From Candidatus Eiseniibacteriota bacterium (GTDB lineage Bacteria; Eisenbacteria; RBG-16-71-46): a stretch of DNA of 64,000 nt. The notes beneath the pieces are model-generated. The model did not search any database and was not told the origin of the DNA. It worked only from the letters and a program-made list of their open reading frames with translations. Numbering within the stretch: the stretch's first letter is position 1; each line of letters opens with the position of its first letter. This document shows, one piece after another, positions 46,206-56,413 of the stretch. The stretch spans positions 1,152,001 through 1,216,000 of the forward strand of contig CAVSAC010000014.1 of the NCBI GenBank assembly GCA_963725865.1, in the 5' to 3' direction. The position numbers were made by a program, and so were the translations under genes.

Positions 46206-46859
46206 GTGGACCCCACCCCGAGACAACCGGTACCGGTGTTCCCGCTTCCGGAGCTGGTGCTCTTTCCCGGCGCCGTGGCGCCGCTCCATGTGTTCGAGCT
46301 GCGCTATCGCACCATGGTCCGTGACGCGCTGTCGGGCGAGCGGCTGCTGGCGCTCGCGGTGCTGAAGCCGGGCTGGGAGCGCGAGTACCACGCCAGCCCC
46401 GAATTCCACGCGCTCGGCTGCCTCGCGCGCTTCGACGAGGTGGAGTGGCTGCCGAACGACTGCTATGACCTCCGTGTGCGCGGCCTGGTCCGCGTGTGCT
46501 TCGAGTCGATCGCGCGCGAGTTCCCGTACCGGACGGCTCGCGTGAGCGTGCTCGCGCAGGCGCCCTACACCGAGGACGATTCCCTCGTCCTCAGCGAGCG
46601 CGCCGCGCTGCTGGCCGCGTGGCGGAGCATCACCGAAGTCCCGCTCGAGCAGTCCCCGTTGCTGCCCGACGCCCCCTGCACCTACGAGTCCCTGGTGAGC
46701 GCCGCCTGCATGACGGTGCCCGCGACGATGACGGAGAAGCTCGCCTGGCTGGCGCTCGACAGCGTGGTCGAGCGCGGCGCTCGCGTGCGCGAATGGATGG
46801 CCCGCGCCGGTCGCACGAGCGGGACGCCGCCATCCGCCCCGGGCGGCGAGCAGAACTGA
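46206..46859 (+). CDS. LON peptidase substrate-binding (N-terminal) domain protein
   Basis: PVFPL..VLFPG...PLHVFELRY..MVRD. Confidence 0.85.
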   Translation: MDPTPRQPVPVFPLPELVLFPGAVAPLHVFELRYRTMVRDALSGERLLALAVLKPGWEREYHASPEFHALGCLARFDEVEWLPNDCYDLRVRGLVRVCFESIAREFPYRTARVSVLAQAPYTEDDSLVLSERAALLAAWRSITEVPLEQSPLLPDAPCTYESLVSAACMTVPATMTEKLAWLALDSVVERGARVREWMARAGRTSGTPPSAPGGEQN

Positions 46860-46881
46860 GGCGTGGCGCGGGGCACGCGAA

Positions 46882-46908
46882 CGGGCCGGTCCGCCAGGGA
46901 CCGGCCCG
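46882..46908. terminator. 11-bp perfect hairpin after the LON-N gene
   Basis: cgggccggtcc-gccag-ggaccggcccg. Confidence 0.5.
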
Positions 46909-47377
46909 CCGTCACATCCGGCACGTCCACCTGCACCGGCGGTCGACTCACGTCCGGCAGTCGCTGGCGTGCCCACGGGCGTTGATGCGCTGCTTCACGG
47001 ACCGGACGTTGGAGTCCCCCGATCCCACAGCCGCCCAGCCGATCCACAGCGCATCAAGGGCCCGCACGATGGAACGCAGCAGCACAGGCGTGATCACGCC
47101 ACCGTGCTTGCGTCATCGCATGGACTGGATACTCCGTGGGGCGGCGTCACGGCACCGCGAGCCGAGCCGGCGCTTGGTACGGTCGCACCGGCGGCGCGGG
47201 ACCCACCGAGCCGAGGGGGGGAGGGAAGCCTCGACGTGGGGAGGACGGTAGGCCGAGGCCGTTCTGTATGCAAGCGAAAAGGTCGGTTCTCTGCGACGCT
47301 GCACAATCGCCTGATACAAGGCGCATTTCGCCGGCCGCCTGGCGCCCGACGTGAAGCGCGTCTAGACTGCCCGCACC

Positions 47378-48793
47378 ATGCGCTTTCCGGCCGAACCGTT
47401 CCGCATCAAGGTGGTCGAACCGCTGCGGCGTGTCTCACGCGAGGAGCGCGAGCGCCTGATCCGCGAGGCCGGCCTGAACATCTTCGCGGTGCCGGCCGAC
47501 AGCATCTACGTCGACCTGCTCACCGACAGCGGCACCTCGGCCATGAGCGACAACCAGTGGGCCGGGTTGATGCTCGGCGACGAGTCCTACGCGGGCTCGA
47601 AGAACTTCTACCACCTGCGCGACACCGTCCGCGAGATCTTCGGCTACCCGCACGTCATCCCCACCCACCAGGGCCGGGTCGCCGAAAACCTGCTGTTCAC
47701 CACCGTGCTCAAGGCCGGCGACGTGGTCCCGAACAACATCCACTTCGACACCACGCGCGCCAACGTCGAGCACCAGGGCGCCGAGGCGCGCGACCTGGTC
47801 ATCGACGAGGGGCTCGATCCCACGCTCGAGCACCCGTTCAAGGGCAACCTCGACCCGGAGAAGCTGGACCGCACGCTCGCCGAGCTGGGACCGCGGGTGC
47901 CACTGGTGATGATCACGGTCACCAACAACTCCGGCGGCGGGCAGCCGGTCTCGATCGCGAACGTGCGCGCCGTGCGCGCCGTGTGCGACCGGCACCGGGT
48001 GCCGCTGTTCTTCGACGCCTGCCGCTTCGCCGAGAACTGCTGGTTCATCCAGCAGCGCGAGCCCGGCTACGCGAGCAAGTCGATCCGCGATATCGCTCGC
48101 GAGCTGTTCTCGTACGGGGATGGCTGCACGATGAGCGCGAAGAAGGACGGGCTGGTCAACATCGGCGGGTTCCTCGCGATGAAGAACGCCGAGTGGGCCG
48201 AGCGCATCACCAACCTGCTGATCCTCATCGAGGGCTTCCCGACCTACGGCGGCCTCGCCGGGCGCGACCTCGAAGCCATCGCGCGGGGGCTCCAGGAGGT
48301 GCTGAACGAGGACTACCTGACGTTCCGCATCACCCAGGTCGGGCATCTCGGCGAGCTGCTGGTGGCGGGCGGTGTACCGATCGTACGGCCGGTGGGCGGG
48401 CACGCCGTCTACCTCGACGCGCGCCGCTTCCTGCCCCACATCCCGCAGTCGCAGTACCCCGGCCAGGCGCTGGTGGTGGCGCTCTATCGCGAGTTCGGCA
48501 TCCGCGCCGTCGAAGTGGGCAGCCTGATGTTCGGGCACAAAGACCCCGCGACCGGCGCCGACGTGTGGCCGCAACTCGACCTGGTGCGACTCGCGATCCC
48601 GCGCCGCGTGTACACCACCGAGCACATGCGCTACGTGGCCGAGAGCGTGGTCTCGCTGTATCGCGAGCGCGACCGCCTGCGCGGCCTGCGCATCGTTCAC
48701 GAGGCGCCGGTGCTGCGGCACTTCACCGCGCGACTCGAGGAACTCGAGCCCGCTCCGGCGCTCGCCGGCGGCGCGGCTCGCGCTTCACGCTGA
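47378..48793 (+). CDS. tnaA: Tryptophanase
   Basis: EPFRIK; DLLTDSGT; MSAKKD and LRHFTAR (tryptophanase-type, versus SGKKD/LRFF in tyrosine phenol-lyase). Confidence 0.9.
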   Translation: MRFPAEPFRIKVVEPLRRVSREERERLIREAGLNIFAVPADSIYVDLLTDSGTSAMSDNQWAGLMLGDESYAGSKNFYHLRDTVREIFGYPHVIPTHQGRVAENLLFTTVLKAGDVVPNNIHFDTTRANVEHQGAEARDLVIDEGLDPTLEHPFKGNLDPEKLDRTLAELGPRVPLVMITVTNNSGGGQPVSIANVRAVRAVCDRHRVPLFFDACRFAENCWFIQQREPGYASKSIRDIARELFSYGDGCTMSAKKDGLVNIGGFLAMKNAEWAERITNLLILIEGFPTYGGLAGRDLEAIARGLQEVLNEDYLTFRITQVGHLGELLVAGGVPIVRPVGGHAVYLDARRFLPHIPQSQYPGQALVVALYREFGIRAVEVGSLMFGHKDPATGADVWPQLDLVRLAIPRRVYTTEHMRYVAESVVSLYRERDRLRGLRIVHEAPVLRHFTARLEELEPAPALAGGAARASR

Positions 48794-48842
48794 GCCGGCG
48801 GCGCCCCCCGCGGCCGCCCGCCGCCTCCCGGAGAAGAACGCC

Positions 48843-49562
48843 ATGCCGAAGCTCGATCGCGGATTCCAGCTCACGTGGCTCGGCCACGGCACGTTCCGCC
48901 TCACCACGCGCGAGGGGCGGACCGTTTTGCTCGACCCGTGGGTCGAGGGCAATCCCGCGTGCCCGCAGGGCGCGAAGACCTTCGAGAAGATCGACGTGAT
49001 GACGATCTCGCACGGACACGGCGACCACATGGCGGACGCGGTGACGCTCGCCAAGAAGTTCAAGCCGGTCGTGGTATGCAACTTCGAGATCCACCTGTTC
49101 CTCACGCGCAAGGGCGTGAGCGGCACCTCCCCGATGAACAAGGGCGGCACCCAGACGGCGGCGGGCCTGAAGTTCACGATGGTCCACGCGATCCACTCGA
49201 GCGGCATCGAGGACGGTGGCCAGGTGATCTACGGCGGCGAGCCGTGCGGCTTCGTGATCACGCTCGAGGACGGCACGCGCATCTATCACGCCGGCGACAC
49301 CGGCGTGCACATGGAGATGGCGCTGATCGGCGAGATCTACGCGCCCGAGATCGCGATCCTGCCGATCGGGGACCACTACACGATGTCGCCGCGCGAGGCG
49401 GCGTACGCCGCGCGGATGCTCAAGCCCAGGTGGATCGTGCCCGCTCACCACGGCACGTTCCCGCTGCTCACGGGCACGCCCGAGGCGCTGAAGGCCGAGC
49501 TCAAGACGCTCGGCGTGAGCGCCGACGTGGTGGCGCTGAAGCCGGGCGAGACGTTCTCGTGA
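48843..49562 (+). CDS. Metallo-beta-lactamase-fold metal-dependent hydrolase (UPF0173-like)
   Basis: TWLGH; LDPW; SHGHGDH; HSS; YHAGDT; LPIGD; HHGTF. Confidence 0.92.
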   Translation: MPKLDRGFQLTWLGHGTFRLTTREGRTVLLDPWVEGNPACPQGAKTFEKIDVMTISHGHGDHMADAVTLAKKFKPVVVCNFEIHLFLTRKGVSGTSPMNKGGTQTAAGLKFTMVHAIHSSGIEDGGQVIYGGEPCGFVITLEDGTRIYHAGDTGVHMEMALIGEIYAPEIAILPIGDHYTMSPREAAYAARMLKPRWIVPAHHGTFPLLTGTPEALKAELKTLGVSADVVALKPGETFS

Positions 49563-50344
49563 GCGGGCGCCCGTTGCCGGCGCGCGTGGGGGGCGCGTTG
49601 ATCTGCCTGTGGTCCGCGCTGCTGTCGGTGCAGTTGCAGGTGGCAGGGTGTGCGCATTCGCCCGGAACGGTCGCGATGGCGGATCCCTCGCTCGCGGGCG
49701 GGCCGGGATTGGACGCCTCCGTGCCTCTCGGCAGCGAGCTGCGCGTGCGGCTGCGTGACGGCCACACGGTGGGCGGGGAGTACCGGGGCATCGAGCGCCA
49801 GCCGCTCGAGGAATACGCGCCGCGCTACGACGCCTGGCGGGCGCGTCACCCGGCGGCGGGCTGGCCGGCGCTCGGCGACACGGTGAGAATCAGCACGGCG
49901 TACGGTGGCACGCGGACCGGCGCATTCGAGGGCTTCGATTGGGGCGCCATCCGCCTGCGGCAGACCGGCGACGGCGAGCACGTGCGCCTCGAGGACGCGC
50001 GCATGCTCGTCACTCCAGCCGGCGCGGCGTTCTCCGCCGACACGATCGCACGTCTGCGTGACGCCGGGGGGCTCCCGCTCTGCGGCGTGCTGCTGGTGGA
50101 TGAAGCGTCGTCGGGACTCACGGTGGCGCATCGCCAGATTCCGCTCGACGAGGTGGCTTCGCTGGAGGTGAAGCAGGGCGACCAGTGGGTCGCCGCCGTG
50201 ATCGTGGGGGCACTGGCGGGCGCCGCGCTCGTGCTCGTCCTGATCGCCTTCGCCCTCCGTGACGCGGAGAGGAACTGCGGGGGCAGTGTCTCGTCGATTC
50301 GGAGTTATCCCGCGGCCGCTTTCGCGCCCAGCCCTCGCCGCTAG
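49559..50344 (+). CDS. Hypothetical lipoprotein-like protein with C-terminal TM helix
   Basis: GTGA overlap; hydrophobic N-terminus ending VAGC; FEGFDWGAIRL; IPLDEVASL; TM segment. Confidence 0.65.
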   Translation: MSGRPLPARVGGALICLWSALLSVQLQVAGCAHSPGTVAMADPSLAGGPGLDASVPLGSELRVRLRDGHTVGGEYRGIERQPLEEYAPRYDAWRARHPAAGWPALGDTVRISTAYGGTRTGAFEGFDWGAIRLRQTGDGEHVRLEDARMLVTPAGAAFSADTIARLRDAGGLPLCGVLLVDEASSGLTVAHRQIPLDEVASLEVKQGDQWVAAVIVGALAGAALVLVLIAFALRDAERNCGGSVSSIRSYPAAAFAPSPRR

Positions 50345-50411
50345 CCCGACCGCACCGCCATCACGTCGTAGCGCGCGCGCACCCGGATCACGATTGATGG
50401 GAGGGAACGCC

Positions 50412-50567
50412 ATGCCGAAACCCGATCGCGGCTTCGAGCTCACGTGGCTCGGCCACGGCACGTTCCCGCTGCTCACGGCCACGCCCGAGGCGCTGAAGCC
50501 CGAGCTCAAGACGCTCGGCCTGAGCGCCGAGGTGGTGGCGCTGAAGGCTGGAGAGTCCTGGGGTTAG
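50412..50567 (+). pseudogene. Internally deleted duplicate of the 48843..49562 hydrolase (51 aa)
   Basis: MPKPDRGFELTWLGHGTF joined to PLLTATPEALKPELKTLG, matching the N- and C-termini of the intact copy. Confidence 0.88.
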
Positions 50568-50648
50568 CCGGCCGGGGAACGGCGGCGGCCGCGCCGGGGT
50601 AGAACGTCGTGGCCGTGCGGTCGCCCGCGGCCACAGCGAGGAGGCCCC

Positions 50649-51405
50649 ATGCGCGCCCGACACGCCTACGCGATCCTGTGTCTCTACGGGGCGCTGATCT
50701 CGGTCGAGCTTCCGATGGCCGGCTGCGCTCATCGCGGCGGCGCGCTCGACATCCAGGACCCGAACGCGGTCCGCAGGTTCCAGCTCGAGAAGATCGCGCT
50801 CCGGACCCCGGTGATGGTCGAGCTGCACGACGGCAAGGTCGAGCGCGGTAGCTACAACGGACGTCGGCCGGCTGGCACCGGCCGCGTACGCGACGCGCTT
50901 CGAGGCGTGGCTCGCGCGGCGGGGCCCCGCTGCCGGCGCCGGTGCTCGGACGACCGCTGAAAGTACGACTGCTCGAGGGCGGCGTCCGCGAAGGCGTGTT
51001 CGAAGGCTTCGACTACGGTGCGGTGCGACTCCGCGCCGCGGGATCGGCGGAGACCGAGGTCGTTCCGTTCGACGGCATCGCGACCATCGGCGACACCAGC
51101 GCCACCCTCGCCGGAGCCTTCCTCGATCAGATGCTCACGCGCGGCGAGCTGCCGGTGATCAGCACCGTGCGCCTGACGCACGAGGGCCGGCTGGGCGCCG
51201 ATCCGAACGAGATCCCGCTCGACCAGGTCGCGTCGATCCGCGTCCACACGATGAACGGCTGGGTCGCGGCCGCGGTCCTGGTGACGCTCGTGGGCGTGGT
51301 GGTCGTGGTGTCGCTCGATCGTCCGAAGCCGAAGCGCACGGCGCCGGACTGTTCCGGCTACGATCCGGGAATGGATGGCTGCGCACCGTGCCCGCGGGGC
51401 GCTGA
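50649..51405 (+). pseudogene. Frameshifted paralog of 49559..50344 (pseudogene or assembly errors; end approximate)
   Basis: MAGC lipobox-like; later frame FEGFDYGAVRL, IPLDQVASI, WVAA plus TM; frame changes around 50860-50945. Confidence 0.65.
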
Positions 51406-51406
51406 G

Positions 51407-52610
51407 TCAGTTCGAGATCACCGCGAGGATGTCGTAGAGCGCGTGGACCACGATCGCGACCGACGTGCTGGTGCGCGACCGGATGCCGCCGAGCAGCAGC
51501 CCGAACAGGAAGATCACGAGCATTCCGAACCACGAGTACTGCACGTGCAGCGCGGCGAACAGCGCCGCCGTCAGCGTCAGTCCCAGCCGCGGCTGCAGCG
51601 CGCCGCGCAGCGTGATCTCCTCGCCGACTCCGGCGGTGAGGCCGAGCAACACGGTCTCGATCGCGCCGAGGTCCTTGGACATCAGGGCGCCCATGTCGCG
51701 GTCGGCCGCCCACAGCGCGGGGAACCAGGCGTGCTGCAGCTGCTCGGTGCCAGCGTTGAGCACGAACAGCGCGCCGGCGCCCACCGCGGCCAGCAGCCAG
51801 TCGGCCGGCGAGAGCGCGGTGATGCCGAGCCGCTCGAGCGTGCCGCGCACTCCGCGCCGGACCAGGAAGCCGACCGCCGCGAGCGCGAGCAGCACCATGC
51901 CGGTCAACTGGCCGACCAGCCCGGCGCGCGTGAACAGCGCGCCCGAGGTGTCGACGAAGTCCGCCAGCTTGTCGCGCAGCAGGACCGCGCCCGGCAGCGC
52001 CAGCAGCAGCCCCCCGGCCGCCAGCCGGGTGGTGAGCCGCAGCGAGTGGTTGGGCGGGTCCTCGCGGAACAGCCTCACGGTCAGCGGATCCACGAACGGC
52101 CGGAACGCCAGCAGCACGCACACCCCGGCAGCCGCGATGCAGTAGCTCGTGAGCAGCGCGCGGGTCCCGAACGCCATCGGACCGCTGGAGGCGAGCGAGG
52201 CGGTCGCCGCGAACACCAGCACCTCGGCCGCGGGCACCACCCAGGTCAGCATCCAGTAGAGCAGCGTCCAGCGGGGGTCGAGGTCGGCGGCCTGCGCGGC
52301 GATGAACAGGCCCGCGAGCGCCGCCAGCGCCGCGCCCTCGGTGAGGCCGAGTACCAGGCCGCCGACGCCGAATACCACCAGCATCGCGAGCCACACCCAT
52401 AGCCCGCGTGCGGTGTCCGGACCGATCCGCGCGGGGAGCGCGAGCGGCCCCGCCGCGAACGGGTCCGCCGGGCCGGCGGCGGGCGGCGCGGCGGGGGCGA
52501 GGCGGGCGACGCGGGGGCGGCGCGGCGGGCGGCGAGGCGAGTGGCGAGGCCGCCTCCGCACCGGTGCCGCCCGCGATCGGCTGCGGGAAGGCTTGATTCC
52601 GCTCGTCCAT
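51407..52610 (-). CDS. CPBP/Abi-family intramembrane glutamic endopeptidase; probable frameshift near the 5' end (about 52500-52530)
   Basis: GVGEEITLRG; FAALH; HALYD; candidate start MDERNQ 6 nt after TATGCT lies in a different frame. Confidence 0.8.
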
Positions 52611-52648
52611 CCAGCGAGCATAGGCAACCCATGAACGAGCGTCCACCC

Positions 52649-52894
52649 ATGAGCATCACGGTGTTGTTCTTCGCGCAGGCGCGCGAGCGCGCGGGTTGCG
52701 CCGCCACCGCGCTCGCGTTGCCCGCCGGCAGCACGGTGGCCGACGCGCTGGCGGCACTCGCGCGCACGCACGAGGCGCTGGCACCGCTGTGGCCGCATCT
52801 CGCGACGGCGGTCGACGGCACGCTGACGCGGCCGACGACCCTGCTGCACGACGGCGCCGAGCTCGCGCTGCTGCCGCCCGTGAGCGGCGGATGA
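52649..52894 (+). CDS. moaD: Molybdopterin synthase sulfur carrier subunit
   Basis: VLFFA.ARE; C-terminal PPVSGG. Confidence 0.9.
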   Translation: MSITVLFFAQARERAGCAATALALPAGSTVADALAALARTHEALAPLWPHLATAVDGTLTRPTTLLHDGAELALLPPVSGG

Positions 52895-53688
52895 GCGCCG
52901 CGCGCGCGCGACGCCCGCGCGCGGCCACGCCCGCGCGCCCGCGCGGCGGCGCAGCAGGGGCGCGGCCGGGCGGTGATCGGCGGCGCGCCGCACGCGCTCC
53001 GGACACCGCGCCCGTGGTGCGCGTGCGGCCGGCCACCACCGCGCGGTGGGCGGACCTCGAGCGGCTGTTCGGCGCGCACGGCGCATGTGCGGGCTGCTGG
53101 TGCATGTGGCCGCGCGTCACCTCGCGCGAGTTCGCCGCCGGCAAGGGCGCGCCGCACCGCCGCGCGCTCAAGCGGCTCGTGGACTCGGGTCGGCCGCCGG
53201 GGCTGATCGCGTACGCGGGGCGCGAGCCGATTGGCTGGGTGGCGATGGCGCCGCGCTCGGAGTATCGGCGGCTCGCGACCTCGCGCGTGATGGCGGCGGT
53301 CGACGACACCCCGGTGTGGGCGGTGGTGTGCTTCTTCGTGGCCCGCGCGTGGCGCCGCCGCGGGGTCACGGCGGAATTGCTGGCGGCCGCGAAGTCGTTC
53401 GCCGCCTCGCGCGGCGCGGTCGCGCTCGAGGGCTATCCGTTCGATCCGCACGGCGCCGCGATGGCCGACGCGTTCGCGTGGCACGGGCTGGCGAGCGCGT
53501 TCGCGAGCGCGGGCTTCGCCGAGGTCGCTCGCCGCTCGCCGACGCGCCCGGTCATGCGCTGCACGCTGGCGCGACCACGCGCCGCCTCCTCACGCGGCGC
53601 GCGCGGCGCGGTCGCGGGTGGCGCCGGCCCCGCGCCGCCCGCCCCGACCGCGCGCCACGCACGCGCCGCGAGGCCCGAGCGTGGCTGA
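52891..53688 (+). CDS. GNAT-family acetyltransferase with basic low-complexity termini
   Basis: ATGA overlap; GCWCMW; GWVAMAPR; CFFV...RRRGV; EGYP; F..AGF. Confidence 0.82.
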   Translation: MSAARARRPRAATPARPRGGAAGARPGGDRRRAARAPDTAPVVRVRPATTARWADLERLFGAHGACAGCWCMWPRVTSREFAAGKGAPHRRALKRLVDSGRPPGLIAYAGREPIGWVAMAPRSEYRRLATSRVMAAVDDTPVWAVVCFFVARAWRRRGVTAELLAAAKSFAASRGAVALEGYPFDPHGAAMADAFAWHGLASAFASAGFAEVARRSPTRPVMRCTLARPRAASSRGARGAVAGGAGPAPPAPTARHARAARPERG

Positions 53689-54100
53689 GCTGACGCAGGC
53701 CCCGATCGACCCGGCGCCATTGCTGGCGGCCGCCGCGCGCGACGACCTGGGCGCGGTCGTGCTGTTCCTCGGCACCACGCGCGATCACCACGAGGGCCGC
53801 AAAGTGGTGCGACTGGAGTACGAAGCCTACGCGCCGATGGCGCTGGCGGCGCTCGGCGCGATCGAGCGCGCGGCGTGCGAGCGCTTCGCGATCGCCTCGT
53901 GCGCGATCGTCCACCGGCTCGGCGAGGTGCCGCCGTCGCAGGCGAGCGTGGCGGTGGTGGTGGCCGCGTCCCATCGTGGCCCCGCGTTCGACGCCAGCCG
54001 CTGGGCGATGGACGAGCTCAAGCGCTCCGTGCCGATCTGGAAGCGGGAACACTTCGAGGGCGGCGAGCCGCGCTGGGTCGAAGGTCACCCGATGGAGTAG
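53681..54100 (+). CDS. moaE: Molybdopterin synthase catalytic subunit
   Basis: GAVVLFLGTTRD; LEYEAY; HRLG; HR; PIWKRE. Confidence 0.93.
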   Translation: MAELTQAPIDPAPLLAAAARDDLGAVVLFLGTTRDHHEGRKVVRLEYEAYAPMALAALGAIERAACERFAIASCAIVHRLGEVPPSQASVAVVVAASHRGPAFDASRWAMDELKRSVPIWKREHFEGGEPRWVEGHPME

Positions 54101-54129
54101 CGCGACGCACGCGGAGTCGCGCCCGCCCC

Positions 54130-55170
54130 CTAGAACAGCCGGTACGTCACCGCGAGCGCGAGCGTCTGCTTGTACTGGCCCGCCTTGCGAGTGTTGCGGT
54201 CCAGCTCGCGCAGCGCGTCGGCGGGTGCGAGCGTGGGATCCACGTTCGCCGCGGCGTCGAACTTGTCGTAGACGAATTCGGCGTACAGGCTCACGCCCAC
54301 GATCTTGGTGATTTGCGCGGTGAACTCGTTCTGGAAGCCCACGTCGGGGGCACGCCAGAAGTCCCGCACCGATTCGCGCGTGGCGCCCGGAGTGGCCTGC
54401 ACGTAGTCCACCACCGCGCGGTCCACGGTCTCGAGGTCGCTCGACTTCGAGTAGAACACCGGCTGGAACACCAGCAGCCTGCCCTTGTAGAGCACCTTCT
54501 TCTCGAGCATCGGCTGCGTCGCGGTGGTCTGCCACTCGAACCCGCCGTCCTGGCTCGTGAACGAACGCTGGTTGCGCAGCACCGGATCCACCCACGCCTT
54601 CGCGAGCGTCTGGCGGAAGCCGAAGCCGAATCGCGTGAGCAGCTCGGCGGACTCGGTCTTCTGGAGCACGCGCGCGACGCCGGCGGCCTCCTTCAGCTTG
54701 ATCGGGTTGAACCGGATGGTGCCGATCGGACTGCTCTGGTCGGCGAACTGCGTCTCGGCGGCGAACGAGAAGTACGGATCGACGAACGTGTTCAGCGTCC
54801 AGCGGCTGTTCGACTCGAACGACAGCAGGTCCGTGGTCTTGTCCGGCGAGTCCCAGGTGTAGTGGTGGGCGTCGGCGGCGTCCGCCACCTGCCGCGTGGT
54901 CTGGCCGTAGGCGGCGTGCAGCGAGTTCTGCAGGTTGTAACGCGGGGTGAACTGCCGTTCGGCCGCGAGCTCCGCGCCGAGCACCCACACGATCGAGCCC
55001 TTATCGCCACCCTTCCAGTTCGTGCTGAACGAGGACTGCGTCAGGTTGAGCAGCGTGACCGCGCCGAACTTCCACGGCCCGGGCTCGGCCGGCTTGGGGG
55101 CGTCGGCGCGCGCGGTGGTGGCGACGAGCAGCAGGGTGGCGAACAGCGCGGCGAGCGGGCGGGCGGACAT
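54130..55170 (-). CDS. DUF3078-like outer-membrane beta-barrel protein
   Basis: Signal peptide; LNLTQSSFSTNWKGG; C-terminal QYKQTLALAVTYRLF. Confidence 0.72.
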   Translation of the reverse strand: MSARPLAALFATLLLVATTARADAPKPAEPGPWKFGAVTLLNLTQSSFSTNWKGGDKGSIVWVLGAELAAERQFTPRYNLQNSLHAAYGQTTRQVADAADAHHYTWDSPDKTTDLLSFESNSRWTLNTFVDPYFSFAAETQFADQSSPIGTIRFNPIKLKEAAGVARVLQKTESAELLTRFGFGFRQTLAKAWVDPVLRNQRSFTSQDGGFEWQTTATQPMLEKKVLYKGRLLVFQPVFYSKSSDLETVDRAVVDYVQATPGATRESVRDFWRAPDVGFQNEFTAQITKIVGVSLYAEFVYDKFDAAANVDPTLAPADALRELDRNTRKAGQYKQTLALAVTYRLF

Positions 55171-55251
55171 CGGCGGAGCCTCCAGGCGGGGGGTGATCGT
55201 GCTTCGTGCGACGGGCCTCACCCGCGGGGTGCGGCCCCGACGGGCAGCACT

Positions 55252-56397
55252 CTAGCACTCGATGTCGCGCCGTGCCGCCCGCGCCTCGTCGCGGACGCCG
55301 GCATCCGCGTCGTGCGCGACCGCCGCGCTCAGCGCGGTGTCGATCGCCATCCGCGCGTCCATGGGTGCCCGGCGCGCGATCGCCCCGAGCGCCCACGCCG
55401 CGTGCCCGCGCACCAGCGGCGCGGGGTCGTCCCGCAGCGAGCGCAGCAGCGCGGGCACCGCGGCCGGCTCGCCGCGGTTGCCGAGCGCCACGCATACGTT
55501 GCGCACGAATCCCTCGCGGTCGGCGCGCCGGATCGCGCTGGCCGCGAACAGCGTGCGGAACGTGGACTCGTCGAGCGTGAGGAAGCGCTCCAGCGACCAG
55601 CCCTCGAGCGCGCGCGCGTGGAGCCGCGCGTCGCGCGCCGGCCGCGCGAAGCGATTCCACGGGCAGATCTCCTGGCACAGGTCGCAGCCGAAGATCCACT
55701 CGCCGATCGACGGCCGCAGCTCGCGAGGGATCGGCCCCTGGTGCTCGATGGTGAGGTACGAGATGCAGAGCCGGGCATCCACCTGGTAGGGCGCGACGAT
55801 GGCGCGCGTGGGGCAGACCTCGAGGCAGCGCGCGCAGGTGCCGCAGCGCTCGCGCTCCAGCGGCGCATCCGGCTCCAGCGCGCGGTCCACCAGCAGCTCG
55901 CCGAGCAGGAACCACGAGCCGAGCGAGGTCGACAGCAGCCCGGAGTGCTTGCCGATCCAGCCGAGGCCGGCGCGCTCGGCCCAGCCGCGCTCGAGGATCG
56001 CGCCGGTGTCGGCGTACCACAGCGCGCGCGCGCCCGGCAGCAGCCGCGGGATCTCGCGCTCCAGCGTGCCGAGCAGATCCTCCATCACGCGGTGGTAGTC
56101 CTCGCCCGCGGCGTAGCGGGCGACGCGGCCGAGCCGCCGGTCGCGCGTGGGGTCCGCGTCGGGCGGGTGGCAGAGCGCCACGCACACCACGCTGCGCAGC
56201 TCGTGCAGCAGACGGGTGGGGTCCGCGCGCCGGCCGCGGTGCTGCTCGCTCGCGAGCCAGCGCATGTCGCCGTGGCGGCCGGCTGCGAGCCACGCCGCGT
56301 AGTGCTGCTGCGCGGCGAGTGGGGCGAGTGCGGCCACCGCGACGGCGTCGAAGCCCAGTTCGAGCGCGCGCGCCTTGATGCGCCGGGTGGGATTCAT
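55252..56397 (-). CDS. queG: tRNA epoxyqueuosine(34) reductase
   Basis: ARYAAGEDYH; DTG.ILER; AGLGWIGK; CGTCARCLEVCPT; CISYLTIE; GCDLCQEICPWN. Confidence 0.95.
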   Translation of the reverse strand: MNPTRRIKARALELGFDAVAVAALAPLAAQQHYAAWLAAGRHGDMRWLASEQHRGRRADPTRLLHELRSVVCVALCHPPDADPTRDRRLGRVARYAAGEDYHRVMEDLLGTLEREIPRLLPGARALWYADTGAILERGWAERAGLGWIGKHSGLLSTSLGSWFLLGELLVDRALEPDAPLERERCGTCARCLEVCPTRAIVAPYQVDARLCISYLTIEHQGPIPRELRPSIGEWIFGCDLCQEICPWNRFARPARDARLHARALEGWSLERFLTLDESTFRTLFAASAIRRADREGFVRNVCVALGNRGEPAAVPALLRSLRDDPAPLVRGHAAWALGAIARRAPMDARMAIDTALSAAVAHDADAGVRDEARAARRDIEC

Positions 56398-56413
56398 GCC
56401 GCCGTGCGGCGCG

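Noticed and set aside
47130..47377. TnaC-type Trp leader peptide before tnaA
   Set aside because: No short ORF with the W...D...P-stop pattern; tnaA appears near-leaderless
50412..50567. attR-like duplicated 3' gene end marking an integrated element
   Set aside because: The copy includes the 5' end and start context too, and no integrase is present
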